From: Amoebidium appalachense
Lineage: Eukaryota > Protista > Ichthyosporea
DNA length: 64,000 nt
Reading direction: 5' to 3'
NCBI GenBank assembly: GCA_963693365.1
Contig: CAVNZM010000017.1
Coordinates: forward strand, 721,989 to 785,988
Made by a program: the position numbers and the translations under genes. The notes under the pieces are model-generated. The model made no database searches, was not told where the DNA came from, and saw only the letters and a program-made list of their open reading frames with translations. The stretch's first letter is position 1. Every line of letters starts with the position of its first letter. This document shows, in pieces, positions 12,429 through 60,096 of this stretch.

Positions 12429-14117
12429 CCTGGCCGCCCCCCCCCCCCCCCCCCTCCCTCCCCCTTCTTCCTCCACGCCCCCCCCCCCCCCCCCCCAAAA
12501 AAAAAAACCACCACCACCAAAAAAAAAACCCCCCAACCCAACCGGTATGATCCCAATCGAGAACTCTCCCCATCCCTGGCGCCTTTTCCCCTGGCGGGAT
12601 CCGTCAACATCTCAACTCCAAAGCCCCAAACCAACCATATCTACCTCTATTGAAAGGTCCCGTTCTGTTCTGTCATGTCTGTTACCTGGTAACTGGTGCC
12701 AGCAACGGAATCCGAGACTTAACGTTTGTCTCCTGCATGCGCCCGGTGCACGTGCTCACCCATGGCCAAAAACAGCAGTGCTGAATACGAATTTAATGAT
12801 TACTTTGAATATGGTACAGTATATGAAGAAAACACAAAGGTGAATTCGGCACAGGGTGTGTGTATATGTGTAATGGTAGTACTGTTCGGATCGATGTGTG
12901 CGATCCTCACGATTGCAAAAAATGCTAAGCCGTCTTGAGTACACGAGTTGTCACGTGCACAGGGCGATGTGTGGGATCATGATTATATGTAGTCGGTCCA
13001 CAACTTGGCCTAGATGCTTATTATGTACTACCCGGATTCAAAAGTAGTGTACGTGTCCTTGATTCCCAACTCAGATTCACAATCTGAGGACATGGTTGCA
13101 TATATGAATTTTTCGTTTTCTGTACATGTATACTATATAGGATGTAATATGGTCACCTGTGTTACTAAAATGTCATGTCTCCTTATGATGTTATGTGACG
13201 TTAGTGAAACTCGAGGTTTTATTTCCGTTGTTGGCTCCATTTTTTTGTAGATTTTATTTAGATCGGAGCATCAGACAGGCAAGACTGAATATATAGTACA
13301 GTTGCCATAGACACAGCAAAATAGTCGCTAAGGAGGGGGCCGAGATTTACATAACAGTAACGAAAATTCTGCCGTGGGACTGCTAATTATAAAAGCTGCA
13401 TGTATGAGCTCGACTAGGAGGGTCAACAATTGCTAATTATTAGCCAAGTATGTAATAAGAGTGAAGTGCATAGAAAATATCATACTTTATGATCATTGTA
13501 CTGAAATTGAGCTCTGAACTTCTTTGGAATCCACGCTGCCAATGGCCTACCACCTGGGTGTGTTAAAAGGGGTGGTCAGTTAGGTACATACGAAGCATTG
13601 CCTCCCATCACACTGTCATAGGAAGCAGATTAGACCACAGTGATCACTATGTATGCGCACACCCACAGATGTCGGTTCATAAATTTCTACACAAATAGAA
13701 TAGATTACTAGTCTAAGAGTACTCCCGGCAGCTACCCCCATGACACACGACGTACACTTCCCGCAGCTGACAAACGCGGCACCTGGCCCTGCCCAGTGGC
13801 AACAGCCGCCAACACAAGTACAGAAGCTGGGGGATAACCTAACCACACGCCACAAAAGAATCAAGCAAAGTAATCAAATCGAATACTATGTAATATTGCT
13901 CATGATCAGTTGCAGTTACAGGAGGGCAAATTGACATGAACCTAAACTAACTAGGATGAACGGTATGATGCCTCTAAAGTTCCACATATGATGTTAAAAT
14001 ATGCAGGCTCGATCTCAGCCAAGTGTCTTCCAGTGTAGGATGAGTGGGTGTAGGTGAACGAGCGTTCTTCGCGGCCTGCCTCTCCGCTAAGGTGGGTTTC
14101 CGGGCTCTGTTTCGTTA

Positions 14118-15045
14118 TTAAAGGGGTGGTATGGTGGGCGGACAAATAAGGTTATAGCCATATCTGGCTGGACTGAAATTTGTGGGCGGCAGAGGGCCCC
14201 GTGGTTCGTTCCGCTGTGCCCATTGGTCAAGCACAAACCGGTCATATGCTTCGATCGCTTCCAGTTTCCTTGCATAGCACCCAATATACATCCTTGATGG
14301 TAAAATTCCCTTTTTGAGTCCAGGGGCTAGACTTTTTGTTAGGTGCCACTTGCTTGTTGGCTAGGGCCCGAACAATCCATGGTTTTGAGGTACTTCCCTC
14401 CTTACACACCCCTATACACCTACCTCTGCGTGCCTGGCTGTCTGTGAGATAATCACTTTCTTCGCAGAAATTAATCCGTCTGATCTTCTCCGACTTAGGC
14501 AATTTTGAGGCTCTCACAGCCACATCCACAGCACATGCCGCCTCAATCTCAGTCAAAAAGGAACCGATCCAACGTCGTGTGCCGGATTCATCAGAAAATC
14601 GCGCCACCCACACCCTTCCTGTTCTACGAGCCCTGGTTCTCTTAAAAACACCTCGAAACACTGAGGAATATTCCCTCATCACCTGTTCCTTCCACCGTTT
14701 CACCACTCTCTCCGTCTCCTCAGCCGTGGGCACAAATTGCTCCAACAAGCCCAGGCTGACGTTGGTCCTTGCCAGGTATTTCTCGTCCAGCACTTTTGAT
14801 TGGACGAGGTATCGAATGGCAACGTCGTTGTGTCGTGCAGCAGAAACCTGGCATTCGAAACAGCCAATGTAAAACAAAGTAGCGTGAAGACTTGACATCC
14901 ATTTGGAAGTTGGTTGGTGCCAACTAACACCCCTGAATTTGGGCTCCTCGTCAGGACCTAAGCCCTGTGTCTTTGTAGACACTGACCTTTCCGCCTGCCT
15001 CTGCAATGTGGGCAGTGGACTCAACGGCCCAGCCACAGAGTTGGC
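14118..15045 (-). CDS. Protein with three AP2/ERF-like DNA-binding domains (large terminal exon, one frameshift)
   Basis: Domain 1 KFRGVSWHQPTSKW...YIGCFECQVSAARHND...TN. Domain 2 SSVFRGVF...WVARF...WIGSFLTEIEAACAVD...INF. Domain 3 CIGVC...PW, completed in another frame by MYIGCYARKLEAIEAYD...PTNF (14291-14118). cag| acceptor at 15046; candidate upstream exon ends at 15661 (|gtatgt). Confidence 0.8.
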
Positions 15046-15154
15046 CTGGTGGAAGCAGATTGTCAGCACTGCATGAAACTTATAAATTGTCTACACTGGG
15101 TGGTACTTGGAGGGTGCATACCACCGATGTCCGGTGCAGGTGACCGTGTATGTG

Positions 15155-15235
<81 letters not shown>

Positions 15236-15332
15236 GGGGGGGGGGTCTGTGTGCGCTCTTGTGTTTGTGTGTGCGCGCGCATGTGTGTATATGTGCGTGT
15301 ATGCGTGTGTGTGTTTGTGTCTGTGAGTGTGT

Positions 15333-15371
<39 letters not shown>

Positions 15372-16053
15372 GTGTGGTTGCATGTGTGCGTGCGCGTATG
15401 TATGCGCGTCGTGTGTGTGTGTGTATATTCTTGTGTGTGCATGCGCACACGTGTGTCTAGATGTGTTATCTGCCCCCCCCCCCCCCCCCCCCCCTCTCCG
15501 TTTACAAACTCGCTTCCTTGGTAGAGTGTAAGGTGGGTGATGGATAAGGTGGGTGGTTGGGCGAGCGTACGTGGGTTGACTGCGTGGTTTGGCTGCTTGG
15601 GGAGGAGGAGGAGGAAGGAAGGGGGGAGGAGGGGGGGGGGGGGGGGGGACACAGACATACCCTGATGGAGCCGGTGATGGTTCGGCCGACACAAGTGGAG
15701 AAGTAGGATGAATGGATGATGTGGTCGGATACTCTGAAACGATTGGTCAGGCAATCTGGAAAAAGGGGTGTAAGGGGGCATGGCCAGACCAAAACCAGGC
15801 TTGTATATGTGTGTGCTTGGGTCACCCGGGGTTGGGGCGGGGGGCTGATGTTAGCTTCAACAAATGTGCTTGTGATTTTCGTGCACCTGCAACTACACCT
15901 TTGCTTATGGAGACGTGTGTGTGTGTGTGTGTGTGTCTGTGTGTGTGTGTGTTGTGTGTGTATGTGTTGTGTGTATGTGTGTGTGTGTGTAGGGGGGGGG
16001 GGGGGTGCACATGTGTGCGTGCGTGAGTGCGTGAGCGGGTGCGCGCGCACGCA

Positions 16054-16125
<72 letters not shown>

Positions 16126-16140
16126 CGTGCGTGCGTGCGT

Positions 16141-16180
<40 letters not shown>

Positions 16181-16436
16181 CCTTGCTGTGTGTGTTTGTA
16201 TCCTTGCTGTGTGTGTTTGTCTACACTTCAAGGTTTGTTTTCGGGTACAAAAACACATGCGCACTTCTGGTCTGTGAGCGCGTGGGACTGAATGTCCATG
16301 TCGATGCATGTGAGGCTAAACATATATGCCTACATGTGCGCACCTTTGTAGAAAGCTTCCTTTGTGAGTGTGGATGTGTGGATGGGTGGATGGGCTTGTG
16401 TGCGTGTGGGTGTGTTGCGCGCATGTGCGTGCGTGT

Positions 16437-16498
<62 letters not shown>

Positions 16499-16860
16499 AT
16501 TTTGTGCTTGTGTGTGCGCGCGTGAGTGTGCATATGAGCGCACGTGTGTGTGTGAGGGCTTGTGTATGTGTGTGTCTGTGTGCCCGTACGAATCACCTGT
16601 GAGGGAACACTGATGTGTGTGTGCACATGGTGAGAAAACACACCTGCCCGTGGTGCCAAGAAGTGCATGTGCCGCTGTGTAGTTGTCGCCACGGCAGTAC
16701 GGTCCAGTGGGTGCCTAAAAATAGCTCTGGCAGCCACACGGCTGTGTGCATGGGTGAAAGACCCGCGGGAAAAACATGCCTGCCGACGGGATTGGATTAG
16801 TCGAACGTGGAGTGGTAGGGGTTGGTTCGTGGCCATGTATGTGAGAGCTTGTGTTGTTGT

Positions 16861-16895
<35 letters not shown>

Positions 16896-17445
16896 TTTTT
16901 TTTTAACTGCGGTGGAAGGGGGAGGGGGGGGGGGGGGGGGGGGGGGGATGTATGCAGTAAGGGCCGGGGGAGCAGAGCGGATGCAATGTCTTTAAAACCC
17001 ATAGAGAAAAGAGCACAAGTGACAACTCCAAAACATGCAGGCAGAAGATAAACAGCATAGCGGGGTTCCTGGGGGGGGGGTTGAGGGAGGGGAGGGGAGG
17101 GGGAGGGGGAGGGACGCAAGGAGAATAGATGAGCACAAGAAAACAGGCAGAAGTTTCATTCATTCATTTGCCTCCAATAGCGTTAGGCATGTTTTGGGGG
17201 GGGGCACTGACCAGGCGGGCGCATGCACATAGGTACAATGGGACACTGCCTTTCCTTCTTCTCCCCTAAGAGCGCAAAGAGGCATGGGTTTGGGCAAGGT
17301 GAGAGGCCGAGGGGGGAAGCGAGCCCCGGGGGGGAGGGGGAGGGGTTGATGTATGCGTTAGAGGGTTGGATATATGGAGGAGACATTAGAGGAGAGGCTA
17401 CAAAACGTCACAAAAATGAAAAACCTAAAATCTGTCGGGGGGGAT

Positions 17446-17480
<35 letters not shown>

Positions 17481-18352
17481 TGGGGGGGGGAGGGGGAAGG
17501 GTTGGATGTGTGTGTGGGGGGGGGGAGAGGGGGGGGGGGGGGGGGGGGGGGGAATGTGTGTGTGTGTGTGGGTGGGTGGCTCTGTGTGTGTGGGTGTGTG
17601 GGTGGGTGGGTGGGTGGGTGAAGGAGGAGAGGCGGGGAGGGGATGGGGGAGGGGGGTCTCATACTGTGGCTGCTCGGGGGAGGGTGGTGTTTAGACGGGA
17701 AGGCAGCAATCGGCAGAGCCACCCACCAGCCTGTGCCCACCGTCCACTCATGGTGACTGGCTGTGTGTCTGTGTGTGTGTGTGTGTTTTTTTGTGTGTGT
17801 GCGCGCGCGTGTGTGTGCGTGTGTGTGTTGGTGGGTGTGGGTGTGGACGTGTGTGTGTGTGTGTGTGTGTGTGTGCCTGTGCGCCTGTGAGTGTGCATGT
17901 GTGTGTGTGTGCGTGTGTGCGTGTGCGTGTTGGGGAAAGGTAGGGAGGAGGCCAGGGGGAGGGGGTGGGGGGGGGGGGGGGGGGGGGGGCTATTTAGACA
18001 CACGGAAAAGAGAAAGTGAACACGACAACACAAACAGAGACCACCACTACAAAAATGAACTTCCATTTGCGAACAAACATCAGACACAACTGACTCCCAG
18101 CCTATTGGTGACTGCAACAATCGACCCACAACCTTTCTAACACAAAGCGTTTGAATTAGGGGTACGCTAGACTCCTTTGCCCCTCATTACAAGTATCATT
18201 ACACGTGTGGTCACCAAGACGGTACGAGCCTGCACAACAAACCAAGCAAATGGTACACAGTGTATTTAAACGCCAATAATCACGCTGATACGGGTTAGTG
18301 GTGCATAGTCTATTCTCGTCCGTTGAGTAGGGGGGATTTTTTCACCCTTTTT

Positions 18353-18397
<45 letters not shown>

Positions 18398-18855
18398 GGG
18401 GGGGGGGACGTGACCCATGTCATGGACACCCCTGTGTTTTTTGCAGCAGGCAGCAAGAGGAGAAATGGGCGCCGAGGATGCGGGGGGGGGGGGGGGGGGG
18501 GGGGGGGGGAAGGGGAGAACGGGGGGATGTCCCGGGTGCCCGCAGGGGAGGGGGGGGGGGGGGGGAGTTGGAGGGAGGTAAAAGGGGTGGATGGAAAAAG
18601 AAGGTGGTAAGTGGGTGTTTGGGGGGCGAGGGAGGGGAGGAACGAGAATGCAGACGGGAAGAAGGGGTGAAGTCGCCAGGTGAGCGGTATAGTGGGAGGG
18701 GGGTGTGTATGTGTGTGGATGGAGGGGAGGGGTGGGGAGGGGGGGGAGGGGGGGGGGGGGTTTAAGTCATTCAGTGCATAGTACACATCCCGATAGAGTA
18801 GAAGGAGGGAAGGCACACATGCTTAGCACGTGAGTGTGTAAACACGGATCGACAA

Positions 18856-18890
<35 letters not shown>

Positions 18891-19196
18891 CTTTGAGTGA
18901 ACCCAATTTCAGCCATCCAGCAAATGTTGTTCACGTTCACATTGCTGTAAGTTAAGATCACACTCCTCCTGCTGAACACTTTCGATGCAATCACCTTGGT
19001 ATATAAGCAGAAACAACCACACAGTGTAATGCACTACACCTAAACATAGCAGAGGTGAGAGACAATTCGTAAGGCCTACACTTTCTAACCGAATAACGTG
19101 TGCAGGATGCTTTGAGATAAAATTTGCACACGCGTTAACACACGCGTTCTTACACGCGCATGCACGCGCACGCACGCACAGGGCGTGCACCTACAG

Positions 19197-19739
19197 ATTT
19201 GGCTTAAGGCGACACCCAGGAGTCGGACGTTGTGTCCCAGGGGGCCAGAACGAAATGGGGCCAAGCGAAGAGTCCTTGAAAGAGCCAACAAAAGAAAAAC
19301 TCACAGAAAATAGCTTGGGTGTGTGGTAAGTGTGTGGAAGAGGTGGTTAGGAGGGGAGAAAGATGAACGCCAGAATACCAAGGGCTGCAGAAAAAGTGTA
19401 TGTGATGTGCTTTTCCATCAGTTCCGGTGAATCGAACAAGGATTGTGTGGTGTTAACATATGGCTAAATCACGGCCATCAACCTTATTCGTATCGGGCAT
19501 GGGGTCTTTCGTTAATCGTAATTACGACGATTTTTTTTTCATAACCCCCCCCCTGGTCGAACCTCACAAAATGTTGTATTTTTTAAAAGAAAAAAGTTAC
19601 AGCGATGCATCTGAAGCCTCTGAAGAGTGCTTTAATGTTTTCATGATTTGATGTAGGTGTACTGGCAGTGTGTAGCTAGCAGAGTTCTCGCTCTGGGACA
19701 AAACAGGCCCGTGCCTGCGCTTAGGTGGAGAGGTACCCC

Positions 19740-19776
<37 letters not shown>

Positions 19777-20018
19777 TGACCACCACCACCACCAAAACCA
19801 ACCGTCCTCCGCGGAACTCCCAACCCTCACACATCCTTGCCCCAGTTCCCTCCCTTCACTCATTCCTCCTCTTTGCACCTCGATCCTTACTTGAAACTCC
19901 TACTCTCCCCTCTACAACCAGCCGCCGTACCGCGACACTTTGCTCACCGGTCTCTGCCACCTACCCCCCCCCCCCCCCCCCCCCCTCGCCCGCCCCCTAC
20001 CCACTTTCCACCCTCTTC

Positions 20019-20051
<33 letters not shown>

Positions 20052-20319
20052 TGGCTCCTCCCTCATTATCTACGATCCAGACTAGCATTTACACGTAGGC
20101 ATCCTCGGTCCGATGTAGGCATCCTTGGTCACATGGAACCAGCACACTCTGGCCCATTGTCACACACATACACACGCACACAGACATACGCACACACACA
20201 CGCACGCAAACACACAAACACACACACAAATACACACAGACACATACACAAGTGCGCGCGCACACACACACACACACGCACACACGCACACACACGCACA
20301 CACTGGTATACATACAAAC

Positions 20320-20358
<39 letters not shown>

Positions 20359-20827
20359 CAGACAGGCAGGCCAAGGTGATACGGATGCCTTTCTCCGTTT
20401 GGACAAACGTGATGAAATTCCTTACGTTTGTTAGTCTGTGTTCTTGTTTGTAGCCGTTACCTACGTTCCTACTAGCTGACCTCTTCCCCCCTCCCCTCAA
20501 CCCCCCCCCCCCCCCCCCCCCCCCCCTTAAAAAAAAACAAAAAAAAAACCCACCACCACCACCACTCCTCTTCTGCTACCTCCCTCTCGTTATCCCAAAC
20601 CCCCCCAACCCCCCTCCCCTACCCCCCCCCCCCCCCCCTCCCCCCGTCCCCAACTCCCGACGCTTTCCACCTATATCACTTTCTGCCGAGATCCATGCCT
20701 CCCTCTCTCCCTCTCACCATCTCTCCCTCTCTCTCTCCCTCCCCCTCTCCATCTCCCCATCTCACCACATCCCTTCCCCCCCCCTCCCCCCCCCCCCTCC
20801 CCCCCCCCCACCCACCCACAGTGCACC
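19197..20827 (+). other. Candidate upstream coding exons of the large fusion gene (19197-19325, 19680-19732, 20370-20425, joining 20822)
   Basis: All junctions GT-AG and phase-consistent with no stop (...[54 protein letters not shown]). No recognisable homology. Confidence 0.35.
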
Positions 20828-42177
<21,350 letters not shown>

Positions 42178-42247
42178 GTGGATGAGAAAAAGAGATGTTT
42201 TCGTGTTTTTCTTTGGCTTCTGACTTTGTCGGTATCGTTCTCTCTTG

Positions 42248-42286
<39 letters not shown>

Positions 42287-42442
42287 ACACACACACACAC
42301 ACACAAACACACAAACACCGTAAATGCCCCCAGCCTCCCCCACCCCCTACCACGTGCGTGCGCACACACAACACCAGCACCATCACCAACGACAACAACA
42401 AACCGCAAGTTGTCGTTTCCCCTCCACGCCTACTCTGCCCCC

Positions 42443-42487
<45 letters not shown>

Positions 42488-42551
42488 TCTCTCTCCCTCT
42501 CTCTCCCTCCCTCCCTCCCTCCCTCCCTCTCTCTCTCTCTCTCTCCCCCTC

Positions 42552-42590
<39 letters not shown>

Positions 42591-42757
42591 AGCTCGTTCC
42601 TAAATGCTTTATCCTCTTTGTATTGTTAGGTACGTACTTCCTCTTTTGTGTACCTCTCCACCTAATAATTATCTGGCTTGTTCGATTTCAATATCTATTT
42701 TATTTTATTTTTATTCAGTATTATCCCTTTGTTGGTTTTTTTATTTATTCATTTTTT

Positions 42758-42795
<38 letters not shown>

Positions 42796-44435
42796 GGAAG
42801 AGGAAGGGAGAGGGAAGGGGGTTGAACAGGAACGAATGTTTAATCTTTTTAGTTAGGTGGGCCATGATTGGCTTATCTGTAAATGTTTTTTGCACTAAGT
42901 GCATGCGAAAGCGAGTTTAACTGGGGACAATCCAGTCCGTCAAGTTGCATAACATTTAGCAGGAAGTTGTTCCCGAAGGGGGGGGGGGGGGGGGGGGGGG
43001 GGGGGAGGGGTTGTGCGAGCACTACTTTACTCAAGCTTTGACTAATATTAGCATTTAAAAGATTTGCCTGCCTAATGTAGCCGATTGAGGGCCTCTGAAA
43101 ACAAGCCAATAAAGTGCACGTGCTTGTTTTCGTTCAAATAAAGTCGAAATGATGTTGTGCTTGTGTGACATACACGCACTATATAGTGGCATGCCTATCT
43201 GCCGGCTCAGACACAGAAAAAAGAGCAGCCCACCTTCTTCCCCTTCCCCCCCCCCCCCCCCCCCCCCCTCCCCCCAAACCCCCCTTTCAGACTCTCTCTT
43301 GCTCTCTTGAAATCGTGTGCACACACTGCCACGTTCACACAAACGCATACACGCACCCAGACACCCACAGCTCAGTCCTACGTAATAGTTCCAAACATGT
43401 AACCGTGTGTGCGTGTCATTATGTGGGCGTGGGGGTGTACGTGTAGGGGTGGGTGTGTCTGTGTGTCTGTGTCTGTGTGTACATGTACTGTTATCGTTCG
43501 TATGTTTTTAAGGTACGGTGAGAGGATCGCGTGTCTCCACTCTGACCGTTATGTATGTCTTATACATATCACGGTATACAGGTGGTCTCGGTGATGTGTG
43601 GGTGGTTGCGTGGGTGTATATACACGTCTTGGGGCTGACTAAAAAACGCATAATGTCATCGATATCCACACAGCACGTGCATACACACACTCAGTGTTAC
43701 ATAGTGTCCATCGTTCAAGGCATGATATTGTGTGTCGGGACTACATGTCTGTGTGTGTTGATTGCGTGCGCGCATCAGTGTGTTATGATAAATGTGTCTG
43801 TGTGTACATGTGTGTGTGGACCCTGAACTACCCCAGCACACTACTAACAAGAACATTTAATCGTGTGGGTGTTGACGATAGCAACCAACTGACCATCTTT
43901 GCAAGGCCACAGTGTTAACGTTGGCAGCGAGAATTATACCTTCCCAAATTCCTCAGGATCACCCAAGCTTTCAACCCTGCTTCAATGTATCATATAATAT
44001 ATTTATTCAAGCGCTGACCTTCTGATGCGATTGCGTGCCATTCAAAAATGGCCCCATATGTACATGGAATTTCAATATGACGATTCAAACGTACATGCTA
44101 GGATAGACATGCCGGGAGCATAATAGGGAGGGTACGGACTGTAGTAAGTTAGCGTGTGTTATTCACTACTAATGTGCATATATCATGTGCAACGGGTACC
44201 AAGGTTGGCCAGATAATTGGGTGTTCGTTAAAAAAAAATAATTTTTGTATATCGGCAAGGCTGGCAAGATAACAATGACCCATTATAATACATTTATGTA
44301 CATTTTGATCTACACAATGTCAGAATGTTGGCCAAGGAAACACGATAATTCTTCAATTTATACACAGGCAAGGTTGGAAAAGCCTACCCATTGATAAATC
44401 TATTGCCATGTGTTGCTGAGTAGACCATCTAAGAG

Positions 44436-44479
<44 letters not shown>

Positions 44480-44768
44480 CCCTTCCCCGCCTCCCCCCTC
44501 CCCCCCCCCCCCCCCCCTTCCCCCTCCCCCCGTCTCCCCTTCCCGTTCTCCTCTTACCAGGAATTCTAAACCTTCCTATCACAAGATATGCAACACATTC
44601 AAAAGCACAACTTAATAAAATCTCCATCGATCCAGACTCCATTCATTCCAACCCTGGCCAACAGTGAATACCCACATTTCCTCCCCTTTATTTCCACACA
44701 TGGGAGTGGTCAGGGGTATCTCCCTACCTCCCCGACTAAATTTCCGGTACCCTTTCTAAATTCCTCAA

Positions 44769-51702
<6,934 letters not shown>

Positions 51703-52604
51703 GTTTGCCTACACACTGAACCTCTTGTTGGTAGCAGACGATCAAAATAATCGGACGATCGTGGTTTTGAAACCAAGAAAAGGGAGAAGAAAAACACGAA
51801 GTCGGTGACCAGAAGGACAAGAAGTTGAAAACGAATCAATTGAACGGTTGGACGGTTGGATGGACAAGCGATGTTGCCTTCACAAACTAGCCAAGTTGGA
51901 CAAAAGCACTTTCGATCACCAAATAAAAGTATCTTTGCGTTCTTTGCGTAACGTACCTATATAGTGTTATAAGCCCCAAATTCAAATGAGCTCATGCTCT
52001 CCCCTCTCTCGTTTTGAAGTGTGGAAGTGACGGGAACCCCACAACTTCCCTTTGCCTTTATATAACCGTTCCCACAAGCCCTCTTGTGATTGGTTCATGC
52101 CATTTTTTGATAAATTGATCCGATTGGCTACAAATGCACCAAGAGCGGGAACAGCGATGACGTAATCGAATGATGTGATATATTCGAACAAAGTTGCTCC
52201 TCGAAATTGCAGCGTAACAGTGACTTTTCCTGTGGATGTATACGTCTGAATTTGTGTTTGTTTTCTACATTTACCCCCCACCAAATCTCGATATATATCA
52301 TAAATCATGATACAACTTTCTTGCAGCAATATGCTACGAAAAAATATTTCAGCTAATCGATGTAATGCTGTATAGAGTTCGATAGTATTTTTTCCCTCCA
52401 AATTGACTCTACATATTCGCCAAGGGAGAATCCTACACTAACGAGGTCAGACGCCAAAAAAAAACAAAAGACTTGAAACACCGCCCACTTTTCTCGTCAG
52501 CAGCTGTAGTGTTCCATGCAACAGTTCCCATTTCAAAATTTGAACTGAGAATCTATATACACACACACATATTGGTTACAAGTACAGGAGCTTTTATAGG
52601 CAAG
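51703..52604. promoter_or_regulatory. Probable bidirectional promoter region between the TRAF-like and UCH genes
   Basis: Head-to-head start codons ~900 bp apart; the region lacks the long homopolymers and microsatellites seen elsewhere. No specific motif identified. Confidence 0.5.
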
Positions 52605-58156
<5,552 letters not shown>

Positions 58157-58626
58157 ACCCCCCCCCCCCCCAATTTGCAAATTTGGGAAATTTGTGCCAC
58201 GCATTTGGTGAATATACATGTATATGCGTGATATATGAATGCGGAGTGATGTAAAATTAAATTTGGTGATCATGGTTAAATACAATCCCGGGCCAAAGTT
58301 TCGATTGCCCTTTTTTTTTTTGTCGTTCTTTTTTTTTTTCTTTTTTTTTCTCCTTCCTTTTTTTGATTTGTTTGTTTGTTTGTTTTTGACTGGGTATAGG
58401 GCCGGGTTGATTACATCTGAAACCAGTGTACTGGGATGATTATGTATTGATTGGTTTGTGAGCCCTTTATATCATAATACAAGCAATAGATAGTCCAAAT
58501 CAAGCAGTTTAGCAGTTTATTAAACAACAGAAGATAAAACTCCCACCTGTGCCGAGGGAAATTGCACCAATTTCAGACCCTTTATCCCCCCCTGGTGGTG
58601 GTGGTGGTGGTTGTGGTGGGGGGGGG

Positions 58627-59186
58627 TTTTGAATGCGTTAAAAAGTACGAAGTACACAAGAACAAACGGATAACACAATGCAGAATGCAAGAGTATGCAT
58701 AATAAGCAGAGCCCATCCTCAGGGGGGGCCCACGTCATCCACAGTACCCGAGTTTCGACCTATTCCCCTCGTTAACGAAACCCAACTCAGATACTGTTTC
58801 ACTTGAACATGAGTAGGTCACCCGTCTTGATCAGAGACGAGCAGGGTTGCTTATGCAGGCAAGGGCAGTGGGAAAGGCCGGGGGTTAAAGTTGCAGCAGT
58901 AAGCAGAAGCAAGAAAAATATAGATAGGAACTCAGGAGACGGGGCTTCTAGGAAGCTCCCCCGTCGATTTAGGAACTCAGGAGACGGGGCTTCTAGGAAG
59001 CTCCCCCGTCGATACGTAAGTCGATACTTCCCTGGCTAACATACTACACCAGCTGAAAAGAATTAAGTCCCGAAGGCCGCAGAATTCGCAATCAGAGGGG
59101 AAAATATGAGATTTGACCCACGCCGCAGGGTAGTAACACGCTTACTAGGGCGGAACTTTATCGTCTTCGAACGGAAAGCTATGCCC

Positions 59187-59188
<2 letters not shown>
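58627..59188 (-). mobile_element. Repeat family A, longest copy, with an internal ~44-bp tandem duplication
   Basis: Near-identical to 2661-3156; taggaactcaggagacggggcttctaggaagctcccccgtcga occurs twice (~58925-59012). G-runs flank both ends. Confidence 0.75.
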
Positions 59189-59225
<37 letters not shown>

Positions 59226-59951
59226 AAACCATTATATTGCCTGAGATTTGGTCGTATAAGTGGTTGCCTGCACTGTGGTGTACCATACCCGGCCCACCAT
59301 CCATAAGCTACCATGTTCAACGTTTCATGTCATTTTTTCTGGTCCGTCACACACACCTACATGCACATATATGCACGAAGACTTTTCCAACCCTATACGC
59401 CTATGGCTTTTAGGTCCTTCAAGGCTACACCCGAAAAAGCGACACGACCGCACACAATGCATTACTCGGTGTTTTTTTATTTTTATTTAGCTTTATTTGG
59501 CCGCTCCCTCCAGGCAATACCGCAATAAAACCCCATGTGTTGCCTGAAATTTCAGCTGTGATATGTATACAGAAAAACCCGCTATATCCATGGCACATAT
59601 ATTTTACATTTCGATAGACTTCAACTGCTACATCTACATATATGGTACATCTACCACCGCTATACACAAACAGTACACGTCATATAACAGTATCTACAAT
59701 CCAAAACCTTTAAATTTTCGTCTGATTCTCCCCCCCCCCCCCCCCCCCCCCTCTCCCCCCACATCACTCCCTCCCCCCTTCCCCTCCCTCCCCCTTCTTC
59801 CTCCTCCTTTTCTTCTCCTCCAACCAACCGATAACTACACGTGTACAAACACGCATCCACATATATCAGCACCTCTACCATCAACACCCACCTACCAGCC
59901 CTACCACCACCATGCCCACCAATCACCAACCAGCATGCTAATTGTCATTAA

Positions 59952-60042
59952 TTAGCGGTACCCTGCTGTGGTGCATCTTGAGTAGTCGAAGAGTCCAAGG
60001 GTGGGTCCAAGGCCAAAGCATGGCTGCAGATCTACTTCCTGC

Positions 60043-60096
<54 letters not shown>

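Noticed and set aside
12761-12839. Possible first exon MAKNSSAEYEFNDYFEYGTVYEENTK|gt
   Set aside because: No downstream exons or homology recognised.
16590-18140. Further upstream exons of the AP2 gene
   Set aside because: Several AG...GT segments exist, but I found no phase-consistent chain or recognisable motif.
59000-59188. Penelope/GIY-YIG or zinc-knuckle coding remnant in repeat A (RRGSNL, CEFCG)
   Set aside because: The fragments lie in different frames and are too short to assign.
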